A stretch of 64,000 bases of DNA. It comes from Octopus bimaculoides. Taxonomy: Eukaryota. Shown in pieces: positions 27,590 to 39,926 of this stretch; within the stretch, counting starts at the first letter, position 1, and every line of letters starts with the position of its first letter. Below the pieces are notes generated by a model. The model had not been told where the DNA came from, made no database searches, and worked only from the letters and a program-made list of their open reading frames with translations. The position numbers and the translations under genes are program-made. The stretch lies in assembly GCF_001194135.2 (NCBI RefSeq), contig NC_068981.1:59787003-59851002 (forward strand), written 5' to 3'.

Positions 27590-27805
27590 TTTGTTTTTCT
27601 ACTCTAGGCCCATGGCCCGAAATTTTTGAGGACGTGGTCAGTCGATTAGATCGACCACCAGTACGCAGCTGGTACTTAATTTATCGACTCCGAAAGGATG
27701 AAAGGCAAAGTCGACCTCGGTGGAATTTGAACTCAGAACGTAAAGACAGACGAAATACCGCTAAGCTTTTCGCCCGGCGTGCTAACGTTTCCACCAGCTC
27801 GATGC
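27590..27805 (-). mobile_element. tRNA-derived SINE, family A
   Basis: Minus strand reads gagctggtggaaacgttagcacgccgggcgaaa...gttctgagttcaaattccaccgaggtcgac (A/B-box-like). Homologous to 28878-29069. Confidence 0.92.
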
Positions 27806-28877
27806 TTTAGTAGATACAAGATATTGTCATAACAATGAAATAGTAGTGATACTTTGGCTTACCTTTAAAGGAAAACGACATATGCCACGTGCAAACAATA
27901 CGAACATACATCCATACATTTAATTTAACAATATAATTTGTATGCCGTCAACAACAGGCCTACGTTTTGACTACAGGAATTGCTGGCAGCATTACCTCAG
28001 TTAATATGCTGATGAAGAATGACATTGCTCACTTTCTTGAGGAGACAAGTTATACTTCTATGAAAAGTATTTCATTTTCAAAGAAAATTATATGTCGAAA
28101 ACATTTCGCAGGAGAAATCCTCTCCATCCATATTCTCGATTGAATATTCCGTACTACCACTGTAATAGACACTATTATAAGAAAAATGGAATGACTCAAA
28201 CAATGAACTGGTATAGGTGCAGTATATAAAAATGAAAAAGAATCTTTTGCTTCTCTACACTAGTTCTTATTCCTTCCTAGAAATCTTCCTGTATTGTTCT
28301 TGTTATTCCATAGACTGCCCTGGCGTGTTACAAGTCGGATAGTTCAATTACTGTTAGGGAATTTTCAACATCAGCTTAAGAAATGTCCACTTCCCTTTGC
28401 ATCTTAACATTAAAAGAGTTATTAAGGCAAATAGCAGTTATGCATCTTACATATTAACTACGGTATTGCAGCTATAAGCTACCACACTTCATGGTGACAC
28501 GTCATACATTAAACAACAAACTCACCGTTGAAAGAAACTGTTGGTTCAGCTATTTCTAAATATGAACCATGTGTAGAAGTAGTTTTACCGAAAACAGTAA
28601 CTTGCTTCTCGTGCTGCTATGAAAAGGAAGGAATACAATTCAAATATACTTTACATAATGCATTCTCTCCACATGAATCTTTGAACAAAAATTTGTACAA
28701 TGATATTTGTATATATGCGTTTTTATGAACTTTGCTGCGTAGTTTGTTCTTTCATTCTAACACAGTAACTAATGATTTATATAACCTCAACTACCGGATT
28801 ATATACCATGATCTGTTGTGCGTATTATCTGAACTGCCGCTATATATTCTTTTGAACTACTGTTTTCGTATCACTAT

Positions 28878-29069
28878 CTGTGAACGTTAGCACGCAGGGT
28901 GAAATGATTAGCGGTATTTCGACTGTCATTACGTTCTGAGTTGAAATTCCACCGAGGTCTACTTTACCTATCATCCTTTCGGGATCGATAAATTAAGTAC
29001 CAGTTGCATACTGGGGTAGACCTAATTGACTGGCCCCTCCCCAAATATTTCGGCCTAGAGTAGAAAAGA
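28878..29069 (+). mobile_element. tRNA-derived SINE, family A
   Basis: aacgttagcacgcagggtgaaatgattagcggtatttc...gttctgagttgaaattccaccgagg...ggcctagagtagaaaag. Confidence 0.92.
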
Positions 29070-29943
29070 CTTTTCCCCTTCTTCTCATGATACCTTGATA
29101 TTGTATAGACTGAGTTACTCCTTGACATACCGCCGCTAGTATGATGAATCCTAGATTTTTTCAGGTTGAGGTTTCTAACTTGAACATGAAAAAATTATGT
29201 TAAGTTAGTATAGCAATTAGTACAGTAATATGGTTTACAGCAGATACGAGTTTCGAATCGTTTAGGCAATGTTACGAAGTTTTTTTTTGTTTTGTTTATT
29301 ATATTAGATACATTTTATACTATATCTTCTTACTGTGTAGGCTCAATTATTATTGGACTTGTTGGTTTAAGGGATCCTTCCTTGACAGGTAGGTCTGTTG
29401 TAAGATGTATAACACTGCTACTCGGCTTTGTTCAGATATAAGATTTGATTTCTGTAGGGAACCTTGTAACTTTTCTCTTCTTCTGTATTAGAAAGACACT
29501 GGCTTAGAAACATCAGTTCAAAATAATACCAAAGACATGTAGTACATTTTTGAAATAAAATCATACATATACGTAAATATATTTTGTATGTATTTGCTAT
29601 CTTTTCTATTCTGTTAATACACTAATTATTTCGCTCAGTGTTTAGGCGTTGGCTTAATTTAAAAATCCGAATGTTACGGATATATACTCTGAATTCTGAA
29701 AAAAATTCTTCTATATTCATTCATCTATTATAGTTACATATATTTCAAGGATGTCAGTTATGAATAGATATTCTTTAAAAAAACTCATTGAGTCAGTTGG
29801 GTATGTACATGGCAGGATTAAACAGTCACATATAGAACCTGAAACATAACAAGGTCATTTAATAAAAAAGTATAAACCGTTACAAATTAGAATAAACATA
29901 AAACAATATTTTATGGTGTGTCTATTTATTTCTGTCATGTGCG

Positions 29944-29948
<5 letters not shown>

Positions 29949-30024
<76 letters not shown>

Positions 30025-30032
30025 TAATAATA
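29949..30032. repeat. (AAT)n microsatellite
   Basis: Direct reading. Confidence 0.98.
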
Positions 30033-30317
30033 ATGCATGGGTGGAATCTATAAGCATTTTAATCTAACGCTACGCGCGTTTCCACAAGTCACATAATTCT
30101 TACGATCATAGTCCGTATACCTAAGGTGATTACAATATAGTCCATAGTATCCATGGACATCGGGTGGGTCATACTCCATGTGTTCGTTTCCTCAGGCAAT
30201 ATTGCATTAACGTTGGCAGCAACGCATGTAAAACTGAAGGTTGTTTATCAATTTTCAACAATGAAATGGTTGAAGGTTGTATGTGACCAGTTCTATAGGT
30301 GAGAATCAGTTGGTGAT

Positions 30318-30326
30318 AGAAAGAGA

Positions 30327-30406
<80 letters not shown>

Positions 30407-30422
30407 NNNNNNNNNNAGAGAG

Positions 30423-30461
<39 letters not shown>

Positions 30462-30465
30462 AAGA
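30318..30465. repeat. (AG)n microsatellite with a small gap
   Basis: Direct reading. Confidence 0.97.
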
Positions 30466-30777
30466 AATGGTAATGATAACAGAGAGGGAGATATGTGTGG
30501 TGCTATTATCAAAACAAGTCTAACATCATCACTATGGTCGTAAGTAACATGCGATTTGTGGAAACGTACGTAGCGATGCATTAAAGTGTTCATAAACTCC
30601 GCCCATTGTCTAGTATGTATCCTATATGACATCGGCACCGCACGGTACAACCCTATAAAACTGCTATTGACAGTTGGTATCATTAGGCTGCAGCCGACAT
30701 AATAGAATAGAAACTTTCATATGCCTATTCAAAAACGTTTCCAGTAAACGAACTGAAGGGATATATATATATATATA

Positions 30778-31208
30778 NNNNNNNNNNNNNNNNNNNNNNN
30801 NNNNNNNNNNNNNNNNNNNNNNNNNNNNNNNNNNNNNNNNNNNNNNNNNNNNNNNNNNNNNNNNNNNNNNNNNNNNNNNNNNNNNNNNNNNNNNNNNNNN
30901 NNNNNNNNNNNNNNNNNNNNNNNNNNNNNNNNNNNNNNNNNNNNNNNNNNNNNNNNNNNNNNNNNNNNNNNNNNNNNNNNNNNNNNNNNNNNNNNNNNNN
31001 NNNNNNNNNNNNNNNNNNNNNNNNNNNNNNNNNNNNNNNNNNNNNNNNNNNNNNNNNNNNNNNNNNNNNNNNNNNNNNNNNNNNNNNNNNNNNNNNNNNN
31101 NNNNNNNNNNNNNNNNNNNNNNNNNNNNNNNNNNNNNNNNNNNNNNNNNNNNNNNNNNNNNNNNNNNNNNNNNNNNNNNNNNNNNNNNNNNNNNNNNNNN
31201 NNNNNNNN
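30778..31208. other. Assembly gap (N-run)
   Basis: Ns flanked by (TA)n. Other gaps include 5001-5269, 12851-13080, 25478-25627, 34593-34683, 52835-52943, 54998-55171, 56112-56750 and 62723-62778. Confidence 1.
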
Positions 31209-31243
31209 TAATTGATATCTGATTTTTTACCCTAAGTTTTAAT

Positions 31244-31276
<33 letters not shown>

Positions 31277-31439
31277 GTGTGTGTATGTATATATGTATAT
31301 ATGTAGGGGGTTTATGCATGTGTATATGTATGTAATGATATCTATACTTGGTATTTGGGCTAAATTTGACATTTTGCATTAAAATAAAATGAAAACATTC
31401 TCTCATCCAAAACTAAAAATATTTCAAAAATCAAAATAT

Positions 31440-31990
31440 ATCAACAAAATTATGGCTGAGAGAAAATAGTTTACTCAAAGTAGCCGACCCTCTGCTGCTA
31501 CAACGTCCTCAAGGCAGCTTCGAAACCTGGCGCTTGCGTTCATTACTGTATCCCTTAGAAAATCTTCGAATACCTCCTTCATCTTGGCAATCAGCTCATC
31601 CTTGGTATCGCAAGTAGAGCAGTAGTCTCTCTCTCAACTGTACCCCACACATAGTAGTCAAAAGGGTTACAACCAGGGGAATCAGGTGGCCAGAAATTGT
31701 GATTGGTGCAGGCGTAGAGTCTTTGACAACCACTTGTGACTATTCTCAGAAGTATGATAAGGAGACGAATACTGTAACAACACATGTAGACTTCCATCAG
31801 CAACCCAGCCCAGCCAGAATTTGACTTGACCTCAGTCATCAGCAGATTCACATAGACGTATGAATTAAGCATAGGACCCTGTTTAATGTTCTGGGGATAA
31901 TTTACAGCCTGTGGACATAGTCAGGACGACTGCCATTTCCCTTATTGTTGGCCGCAGCCCTTTATGTCACCTAGCCTTATCTCAACAAAA
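31440..31990 (-). mobile_element. Tc1/mariner-superfamily (maT/DD37D-like) transposase C-terminal relic
   Basis: ADGSLHVLLQYSSPYHTS..SHKWL (resembles QQDSAP.H), FWPPDSPGCNPFDYYVWGTVERET, TKDELIAKMKEVF...ARFRSCLEDVVAAEG. Confidence 0.85.
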
Positions 31991-33059
31991 AAAATTAATC
32001 TTCATGCTCTCCAACGCTGTTGACTGTCCCCCAAACACATAGAGCTGTTCCTAAAAGGGATAAACATGAAACACCGTTAAATATAATCTGAACACGCTAT
32101 ATGTACATATGTATACACAGACACGCGCGCGCACACACACTTGCATATATAATAATATACGTTACTATAGTGTGGACTGTGTTGCCTGTTGACAGGTCAT
32201 TTAATTGTCGATTACAGCTTGGAAGGTTAAAGTGTGTAATTTTAATCGCTGAAGGCTTTATGTTGCCTTGGTTTACTGCTTAGCACGGCAATACGATTGA
32301 CAGTAGATGTGAAGTTCGATTCTCGCAGTTCATATTAAAAGTTTAAAGCACTCACGCTCACACAAGCATTTATTCGTTTGAATCTTACGCCGATGTATAT
32401 TGGTGAAAGATATAAATATCGACAGGTTTTTGTTATACTCATTTGTCACATTCACTGTCATAAATGCCGCAAACCAGTGATTAGTCCGCTAGAAATTCGG
32501 TATCGTCAATGCGATATCATACAAACAAATAAAATATCGTAATGTGTATTTATGTATGGAGGACCGTATATTTGTTGCGCTTTTATTTGTTTCAAATATT
32601 CAAGGAAATTTCGAAACCGATCGTTCTGTGACATGTAATTAAAATAACACTCACTCTGAAAATGAATTTATGCACATCACACCATACAATGTATATCTGA
32701 TAGCAGGCTGACTTTTACTATGCTAAATAGACATAAATCTACGCTTCGGAGCATTATGAAACATGAACTGTACTTTTCGTGTCGATTTCAAATTCTCTTT
32801 AGAATCTATAAATAGCATTTTTCAATACGAAGAATGCAGTAAATATTGATAAATTAACTTTAAGTTTCATAGTGATGTCGATTACAACTAAATATGCTTG
32901 ACGTATAAATTGGATTAACTTGTAGCAACGTTAGAAATTATTGTTGAATCATTTTGAAAAGTGCAATCACTTATAAGACTCAGAATACTATGTACAACAA
33001 GGTTAAAGGGCACACCTAAAATTTACCTCTGACTCCCTCAAACCTAGAATTGATTCTTA

Positions 33060-33560
33060 TTGAAAATTCTGTACGGTCCATGGCTGGCAAGAATTTTGAA
33101 TATCATAGTCTACGAGCTACAGTATGACCTGCAGCTACAATTTCCATTTGAGAGATTTTTCAGGCAGCAAGTTATAACAATGAACGTTTATGCAAGGATC
33201 ATATAATTAGTGATGTCTAGCTATATGAGGATAGTTTTCCTTCAGGTTTTCAGTGGAATGGGCAAAGCATTTGAACAATCTCGTTTTGACGAAAGTTCGT
33301 TTACTCGAGCATCTTGCTATTTCAATGGCCTTATTTGAAACATTTGTAACTGTGTATGATTATCAGACATTCATGCTCATCCTATTAGTAATATTAGCAA
33401 AAGATCGGCACAGGCAAGGCTTCCGAAGCAGATTAAGAGAATTCACAATGTCTCATCAGCATGCTTTTAAAAAAGACCTGTATCTCGACTTACAAGATCT
33501 TAAAGGAGCGCCGATAACTTGGGTGGAAAAGCAATATTCTTCTCTAGTAATTTCATGTAA
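33060..33560 (+). mobile_element. Ancient LINE RT fragment, RTE-like
   Basis: SMAGKNF (resembles SIAGKIF), VFSGMGKAFE (resembles FID..KAFD) and RQG, across frameshifts. Confidence 0.3.
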
Positions 33561-34545
33561 ACTCAGCTAGTGATTCCAAGAAATATATCTACTGCTGAGT
33601 TGAGAGCATTCTTCAGAGAATCTATTAATTGTATGTGACTATATAAAAATCCCTTTTAACTGTCTACTAACATGTGAATGGAACGAATTATAGATATCTT
33701 AACAGCCCGGTTTTCAGACATTATTTCAATTGAGAGGAAATAGTGCTTGTTGACATTATAAGTGGAAATGTCAAATACTACAAAATTGGGGACGAATCAT
33801 CAGCAGATCTCAAATTTCTAGTGGCTTTCTGAATGTTATCTTAGTTCCCGCCCCCACCCTCAAAAAACAAAAAAAAATTATGAAATAGTATATTAAAGCC
33901 GCTATCATTTAACATGTACCAGTTCAATCGAGACGTTACAAGTAAGTTCATATTGTAGTTGAATGTTATCAATGCTACAATTATCGACATGTGTTATTTG
34001 ATCCACTTCAACTCACTGATGTCTCTTCCCATAATTGAAACTTAACGTGGGATCATCCGCCATTCAGAAAATTCTGGATGATTGCTAAAATTCAACAGGG
34101 AAGTCCATATTCCTCTAATAATCATCTCTACGCCAATTGCTTACAAGCTGGACTAAGCAAAGATCTTGTCACCAGAGTCCCAAACTAGAGGACAAGAAAT
34201 GTTGAGTGCCCCAATTGCATGTTAGTCAATGTTGATTATTTTTAGTTAAAGCTACGGCTTTAAAACTGGTCTGAGTTACTTCTCTTCGGTATTTCCCATT
34301 GAGGAAACCTAAATCGCTAGAAACGCTGCTTCTGAGAATTCGATAGATGCCAACACTGGGCAGATATGGTGCTTTTACACCTTTTACTATGAGAGAGAAC
34401 TTTTCTCAGTGCTAACTGCAGTGAATTTGCATAAAGATGTTGAAAAATGTCACAATTATATTTTAACTAATCTAAATTTCGCGCATCCCTAATCACTCCT
34501 TGGCGCTAATACTGCTGAATTTATATATATATATATATAAATATA

Positions 34546-34592
<47 letters not shown>

Positions 34593-34728
34593 NNNNNNNN
34601 NNNNNNNNNNNNNNNNNNNNNNNNNNNNNNNNNNNNNNNNNNNNNNNNNNNNNNNNNNNNNNNNNNNNNNNNNNNNNNNNNNNAGAGAGAGAGAGAGAGG
34701 GAGAGAGAGAAAGAGAGAGAGAGAGAGG

Positions 34729-34773
<45 letters not shown>

Positions 34774-35272
34774 TGTACGTGTGTGCGCGCGCGTTTAAAG
34801 ATATACCTGTATGTTCACGTCTTGCCAGTGCAAACTTGACCAGTAAACCTGAATTCAGTTTATGCCTATCTAAGTAGTAATCAGAGTTAGTTGTACAGAA
34901 CAGCATATGGATTATTTTCCCCGTTTACTCAACACGTTTCTGGTTCGGGAAATGTCTTACGACAGCCCTGTCTGGTCATAACGTTCCCGCATCAGTGTAT
35001 CTCATAACACACACACACACACACACACACTCTGTCTCTTTCTCGTTATTGGCGACGGAAGCCGTATTGGTTCAGAATAACATACTTTATATATTAGCGA
35101 AAGCTACAAAACTTCAGCATTCGCCTTGAGAAGCATATCGTACTGAGGAATAGTGCTAAAAAGCACAGATGTGTGTATATATATATATATATATATATCA
35201 ATCGCAGAATAATGCTAATAATATAGCCTGAACAGGATAAACTATCCCTATTTTGCAGAGAAAAATGTAGGT

Positions 35273-35346
35273 GGCTAGCTGTGGACTCGAACGCACATCC
35301 CCGTGATTACATGTCACGATGCTTTGACCGATTAAGCTAAACTACT
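35273..35346 (-). pseudogene. Degenerate tRNA-Thr(TGT)-like cloverleaf followed by TTTTT
   Basis: Acceptor AGTAGTT/AGCTAGC (5 of 7 pairs), D arm GCTT-AATCGGTCA-AAGC, anticodon arm CGTGA-CATGTAA-TCACG, T arm GTGCG-TTCGAGT-CCAC. The T-run starts 7 nt downstream. Confidence 0.65.
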
Positions 35347-35479
35347 CACTACAAATTCTTCTGCAAATTAAGATATATAAATCTCGCTTTATGAGACGCT
35401 CTCGTATGTTAAATTCAAATTACGACAAACGTAAATAAACAAACGAAGTTTGCTTTTTTAGAAGCGTTGAGGTGTCTTT

Positions 35480-36597
35480 TAGAAAGTTAAAGAAGTGATT
35501 TTAAATTCTCAATTATGTGTGTAGCTTCTGTAATTTGTCTAAGCATTGCGTCAGTTCTATGTGTGGACAATATTTTAACTTCTATGTTGTTGAGCGAGCC
35601 CCCGTGTTCCTACTCGACGTGCTGGTACAGAACCGATAAGCTCTTCTCTTCCTTAAATTCACTCCAATGCACATTTACCCGCTCTCCTATGCTCTGTGCT
35701 GTTTCCCCTAAACACGACGTTGTCTTGTTACTGCACCGCCCCTCTGTACATCTTATACTATAGACTAAATTCCTGGCTTTACAGTTTGTTTGTGGGCTAA
35801 ATCTACATACAGTACAGTTCCTATCAGTACAGGGAGTTCTACTAAAATGGTAGGTTCTACCGATTAGGGATTTGTTAGGATTGCCTGGCCTTTCTACAAC
35901 CTTAATTCTTGGCTTAAGTTTGTCTACGGCCCTTCTAAAGCGGTACAAGAGTTCGCCTCTAGAGGTGGTGTCGACGAACATGACACTCTGGTATTTGTGG
36001 CTATCATACCATGAGTTGGCCTTCCCTATTTTCTTCTTAGTGCTTTCAATGGTGTTCCTTGACTTGCTTCTGTAGAGTGGGCAAATCCCATTCCTATCGT
36101 TACGTATGATAGTTTTAAATTTCCTCATGTCTCCTTTGTATAGTCTGATCCTTTCTCTATGGCTGTATCCTGAGAACAAAATGCGGTGAACGAAATGTTG
36201 TATGTGTCCCTTTAACTCTGTAGAGTCGCACATGCAAGACACATTTCTCATTACTCTGACGAGGTCTGCCATCAGTATATTGAATTGGGCATTGTCCGCG
36301 ATGGCTGATTTCCGGTGGATCAGGTATTTGGAGGCCATAGGTTTGGTATAGTGTGAATGAAGGATTTAGGTTTTTTATTCCCAGTTTACAGCCAGAGTTC
36401 TGTATTTAGTACTGGTAGTCTATGGTTAGAGTATTTCGTAGGGTAGTTTATCGTGACCTTAATACTCTGGTGGATGTAGTTAGCTTTTTGCTGGATGTTA
36501 TCCATAGTATTAGTTACCATTTCTATTTCAAGAGAGTACTCACTTGAAGGGCCCTAGACATACTTAAGCTAAGAATTAAGTTTGTAGAAAGGCCAAG
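35480..36597 (-). mobile_element. Penelope-like element relic 3 (RT thumb, Cys-rich linker, GIY-YIG); a different lineage from relics 1 and 2
   Basis: MDNIQQKANYIHQSIKVT...LPVLNTELW, then ORF 35610..36338 MASKYLIHRKSA...SGYS...KVVERPG...CTDRNCTVC...NCKARNLVYSIRC...C...LGETAQSIGERVNVH. It continues past one stop to ...MLRQITEATHI. Confidence 0.92.
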
Positions 36598-37197
36598 CTA
36601 CAGATTCTTTCTACAGATGTCAACTCGGGATTTGCTGTTGCTTTCGGACAATTCATGGGGCACCCATTTTCCAAGTTTAAGAACCTTTCCAAGTTGTTGA
36701 AGATGACGATGAACAGTTTTATGGTTTGAAGTAAGCTTTATTGCCAATTCTTCAACTGATAATGCAGGATTTACTTCAAGTAATGCCTCAAGGGGCTTAT
36801 CATCGAACTCAACTGAACGTCCTGTTCGATCTTCATGTTCAAGGCTGAAATCTCCACTTCTGAATTTTGCAAACCAACTTCTGCAAGTTCTTTCATTCAA
36901 GCATTCTTTCCCATAAACTGAGTGTATGTTTCGAGTCGATTCGGTTGCAGAGTCTCCTTTTTTGTACTCATAAAGCATTATGTGCCTGAAATGTTATTTG
37001 GATACTTCCATGTTAGAAAGGGTTTTAATTAAAGAAATTTTTATTCTATTATTCTGTAAAATAATATGTAATTAGTTTAAATGTACACAAATGCATAAAA
37101 ATATCTTTTAATTCCATTAGACATTCTAAAATACTATTAAATTTTATTCAATTTAAAAAGAGGTAAAATCGGACAGAACTTATGGGATGACCTGATA
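36598..37197 (-). mobile_element. mariner DNA transposon 5' half (TIR and N-terminal transposase), truncated
   Basis: MEVSK*HFRHIMLYEYKKG...TCRSWFAKFRSGDFSL...GKWVPHELSE. TA-flanked TIR tatcaggtcatcccataagttctgtccgatttt at 37164-37197 on the minus strand. Confidence 0.95.
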
Positions 37198-38449
37198 GTA
37201 TACTCAATTAATTATTGGAGTTTATTCAATTTATTGTTCGAGAGGATTTGAGTGTATACATCTTATTGTTCCAGCGCAGACTACGGATAGCTTTAGTGAA
37301 CTCAACTTCATTATGAAGATCCGTTATAGCTGTTTCTATGTGAGATATCATGCTTCTAATCTAGCTCTGGTTTAAATTTATCCGAGTAGCCTGGCGGCAT
37401 ATTTTTTTAAATTATTTATTACATGTATCAATACTTACTTGATACGGTGAGTCTTGTCAGGCTTTGGTTGTCTCTTGTACTTTCCTGCTGTTTGACAATC
37501 AGCACAGTATTCATTACTTTGATCAGGTTATCTAGGACTAAGTTTCTCCACTGATTACAATTTTTGCGGCAAATTTATGTTTTTCCAAAGAACTTTGTGC
37601 ATTAAACTGTCAGTGAAGATTGATTTCAAACAGTGCCAGACAAACTTATCAGCTGTTGGTAATTCGAAACTTGAAAAATCAAATATATATTACTGCTCTC
37701 CCTGCATCTATACAAGACAGCTACCAGTGAGTCATTTTACTAAGGTTATAAATATAAGCCCCGTCAAACTACAACATTCCATTAGACAGCGTGGTATTTA
37801 AACCAGCAATAGTACAGACAAGACAAAAAAATTTACGGTACGAAATACGATATCTGGTTTCATCATACAGGTGTTGACGGCATTATTTCTAGCGAGTTAT
37901 TCATTATAACTTCCAGCGAAAGATCAATAAAATGTACTTTTAAAAAAAAAAATTCGCTTTGTATTCAGAATTTACACAAAGGTGAACGAAAAAGAAATGC
38001 AATTAAAACAAGTTTCAATTTTGTTTCGTATATTTCCTCAATTATTATTTCTTTGTTAACATTTAAAATTAATAAAGTCAGAGTAATGTTAATGTAATGC
38101 TACATTACAAAAACTAGAAAAAAATTCATTTAAATAATTTCTTTAGAAAAACTTAGAATGGTAAATTGATAATCCTCTTTCTCTTTGTTTTTCTCTTTTT
38201 ACTTCACTCATTTTCCGACGCATACATTCCTAACCGTACATATTCACAAACACTCCACTCATTCAAACTCTGTTAAATCCGAGTTGCTTATTACTACTCG
38301 ATGATGACTATATTTAAATTTAACTGCTTATGCTTGATGTGCTGTATAAAACGCAAACAAGGCATGCACCTGTTTAATAGAAGAGTTCAGATTGACTTGT
38401 GCAGGGTGATGAATTCCTCCCCCAAAGACGCATTCCGCTACTTACTGAA

Positions 38450-38512
38450 GTGGCCCGATGAAGACCCAGCGAGGTGCTTAAGTGAAGCACGGAGTCTGGT
38501 CGAGCGGTAAAA
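38450..38512 (+). ncRNA. Degenerate hammerhead-like motif with a branched stem II
   Basis: CCGATGA-A-GACCCAG...GTGCTT/AAGCAC...CTGGTC-GAGC-GGTA, compared with the PLE-type pattern CTGATGAAGACC...GGTCGAAAC. Confidence 0.4.
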
Positions 38513-39311
38513 TGTAAGGGGACAAGTGCCTCATATTGAAAGGGCTTGAGGCCCATAAAAAGAAAAGCGTAAGAGGCAAGTGCCTCATTTCAAAGACATA
38601 ATAAATTGAGATTGTGAAGTAAGAGGTTTATAGCCTCAAATTGTAAATTTACGTATAAATTTATAAAAGAACAATGATTTAGCGAAGCAGAGTTCGGCAG
38701 GCGGCTTCTGTCTTCTTCCATTAATACCATCTTACTCATCATTAATCACATCTCATTAATGTGTTTGTCCAGCCAGCACCTACTCTGTGTACTGCCTTTA
38801 TGACAAATAAAATGAAACAGAAGAGTTCAGATACGGCAAAGCAAGTATGTCTTTATACTGGGTGTTCTCAATGTATCTTTTCCCAGGTTTTCGTTTTTTT
38901 TTTTCCAGCACTGAAAATACGAAAGCTAGCAGTTCACAATATGTTATTCCTCTTTTAAAGACTAGCATTGTTCCTTTTAAATGTGGATATTAGGTAGTCT
39001 TTCAGTAGCTTCTTTGCACTGTAGTCAGGTATTCTATTGCTGAAGGCTATACATGATTCAATGAGGAAAATGAGAATCATATATTCATATTACATGGGTT
39101 CGCGTCTGTTTATTGGGAATTCAATATTTCTGGTCTTGGTTTGATAGAAGTCTACCGCTGAATTCTGACTTCAGATCATATCAGAACTAAAATAATCTTC
39201 TTATGTTATTTAAAGTCATCCAGTAGCATGGTATGACGGTTCTGTGTATACTAAACTCCGCATCCATGCAGGAGTTTGGACTGTTTCTAAGGAATGCAAA
39301 CATTTGAAGTT

Positions 39312-39926
39312 TGCTGCTGTCTTGTATATCATCGTCACATACCATTGTTGGGAATGTTGGTTCTTAGTTATACGTATGCAAAGACTGAAAAACTTGTTAT
39401 CGTTGATGTTATGTTTTGTTTTTAGATCTAGAAAGTGCAATCCGAACAGGTTTTAGGGTGCCAGTGACAGATGATCGTATATCAAAAACTGTTATAGATA
39501 ATTTCATAAACTGTAATATTAGCTGATGTTATAGGTTGTTGTGAATCTGTAGCTCAATAAAATGCTCTGATATAAGCTTGTTGATAACGAGCAGCCTTCT
39601 GATGCTGAAGATGTGAAGTTCGATACGGAGGTTATCAGACATTTCCAACAATCTGTATTCCCATGTAGTTTCACAGTTAACTAAAGTGCACAGGAACCAG
39701 TACAAAGCCATTTTTCAGATACTTTTTTATGGACTAAAGAATATAGACTTTCAGTTTAGAATAACCATACCGGCTATAAATCTTGTATAAAATTGCAAAA
39801 CATTTCTCGAGTGTTTAAAAGGGAATTTTCATATGATTTAAGTATTATGCTGCTGTCTTGTATATCTTCGTCACATACCATTGTTGGGAATGTTGATTCT
39901 TAGTTATACGTATGTAAAGACAGAAA
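39312..39926 (+). repeat. 79-bp direct duplication (39312-39390 and 39848-39926) flanking an old LINE RT fragment
   Basis: 75 of 79 positions identical. The intervening DNA gives RTGFR...VIDNF...NNLYS, RT-like motifs. Confidence 0.9.

Noticed and set aside
33253-33570. 105-aa ORF as a host gene
   Set aside because: No recognisable domain. It overlaps frameshifted RT-like motifs.
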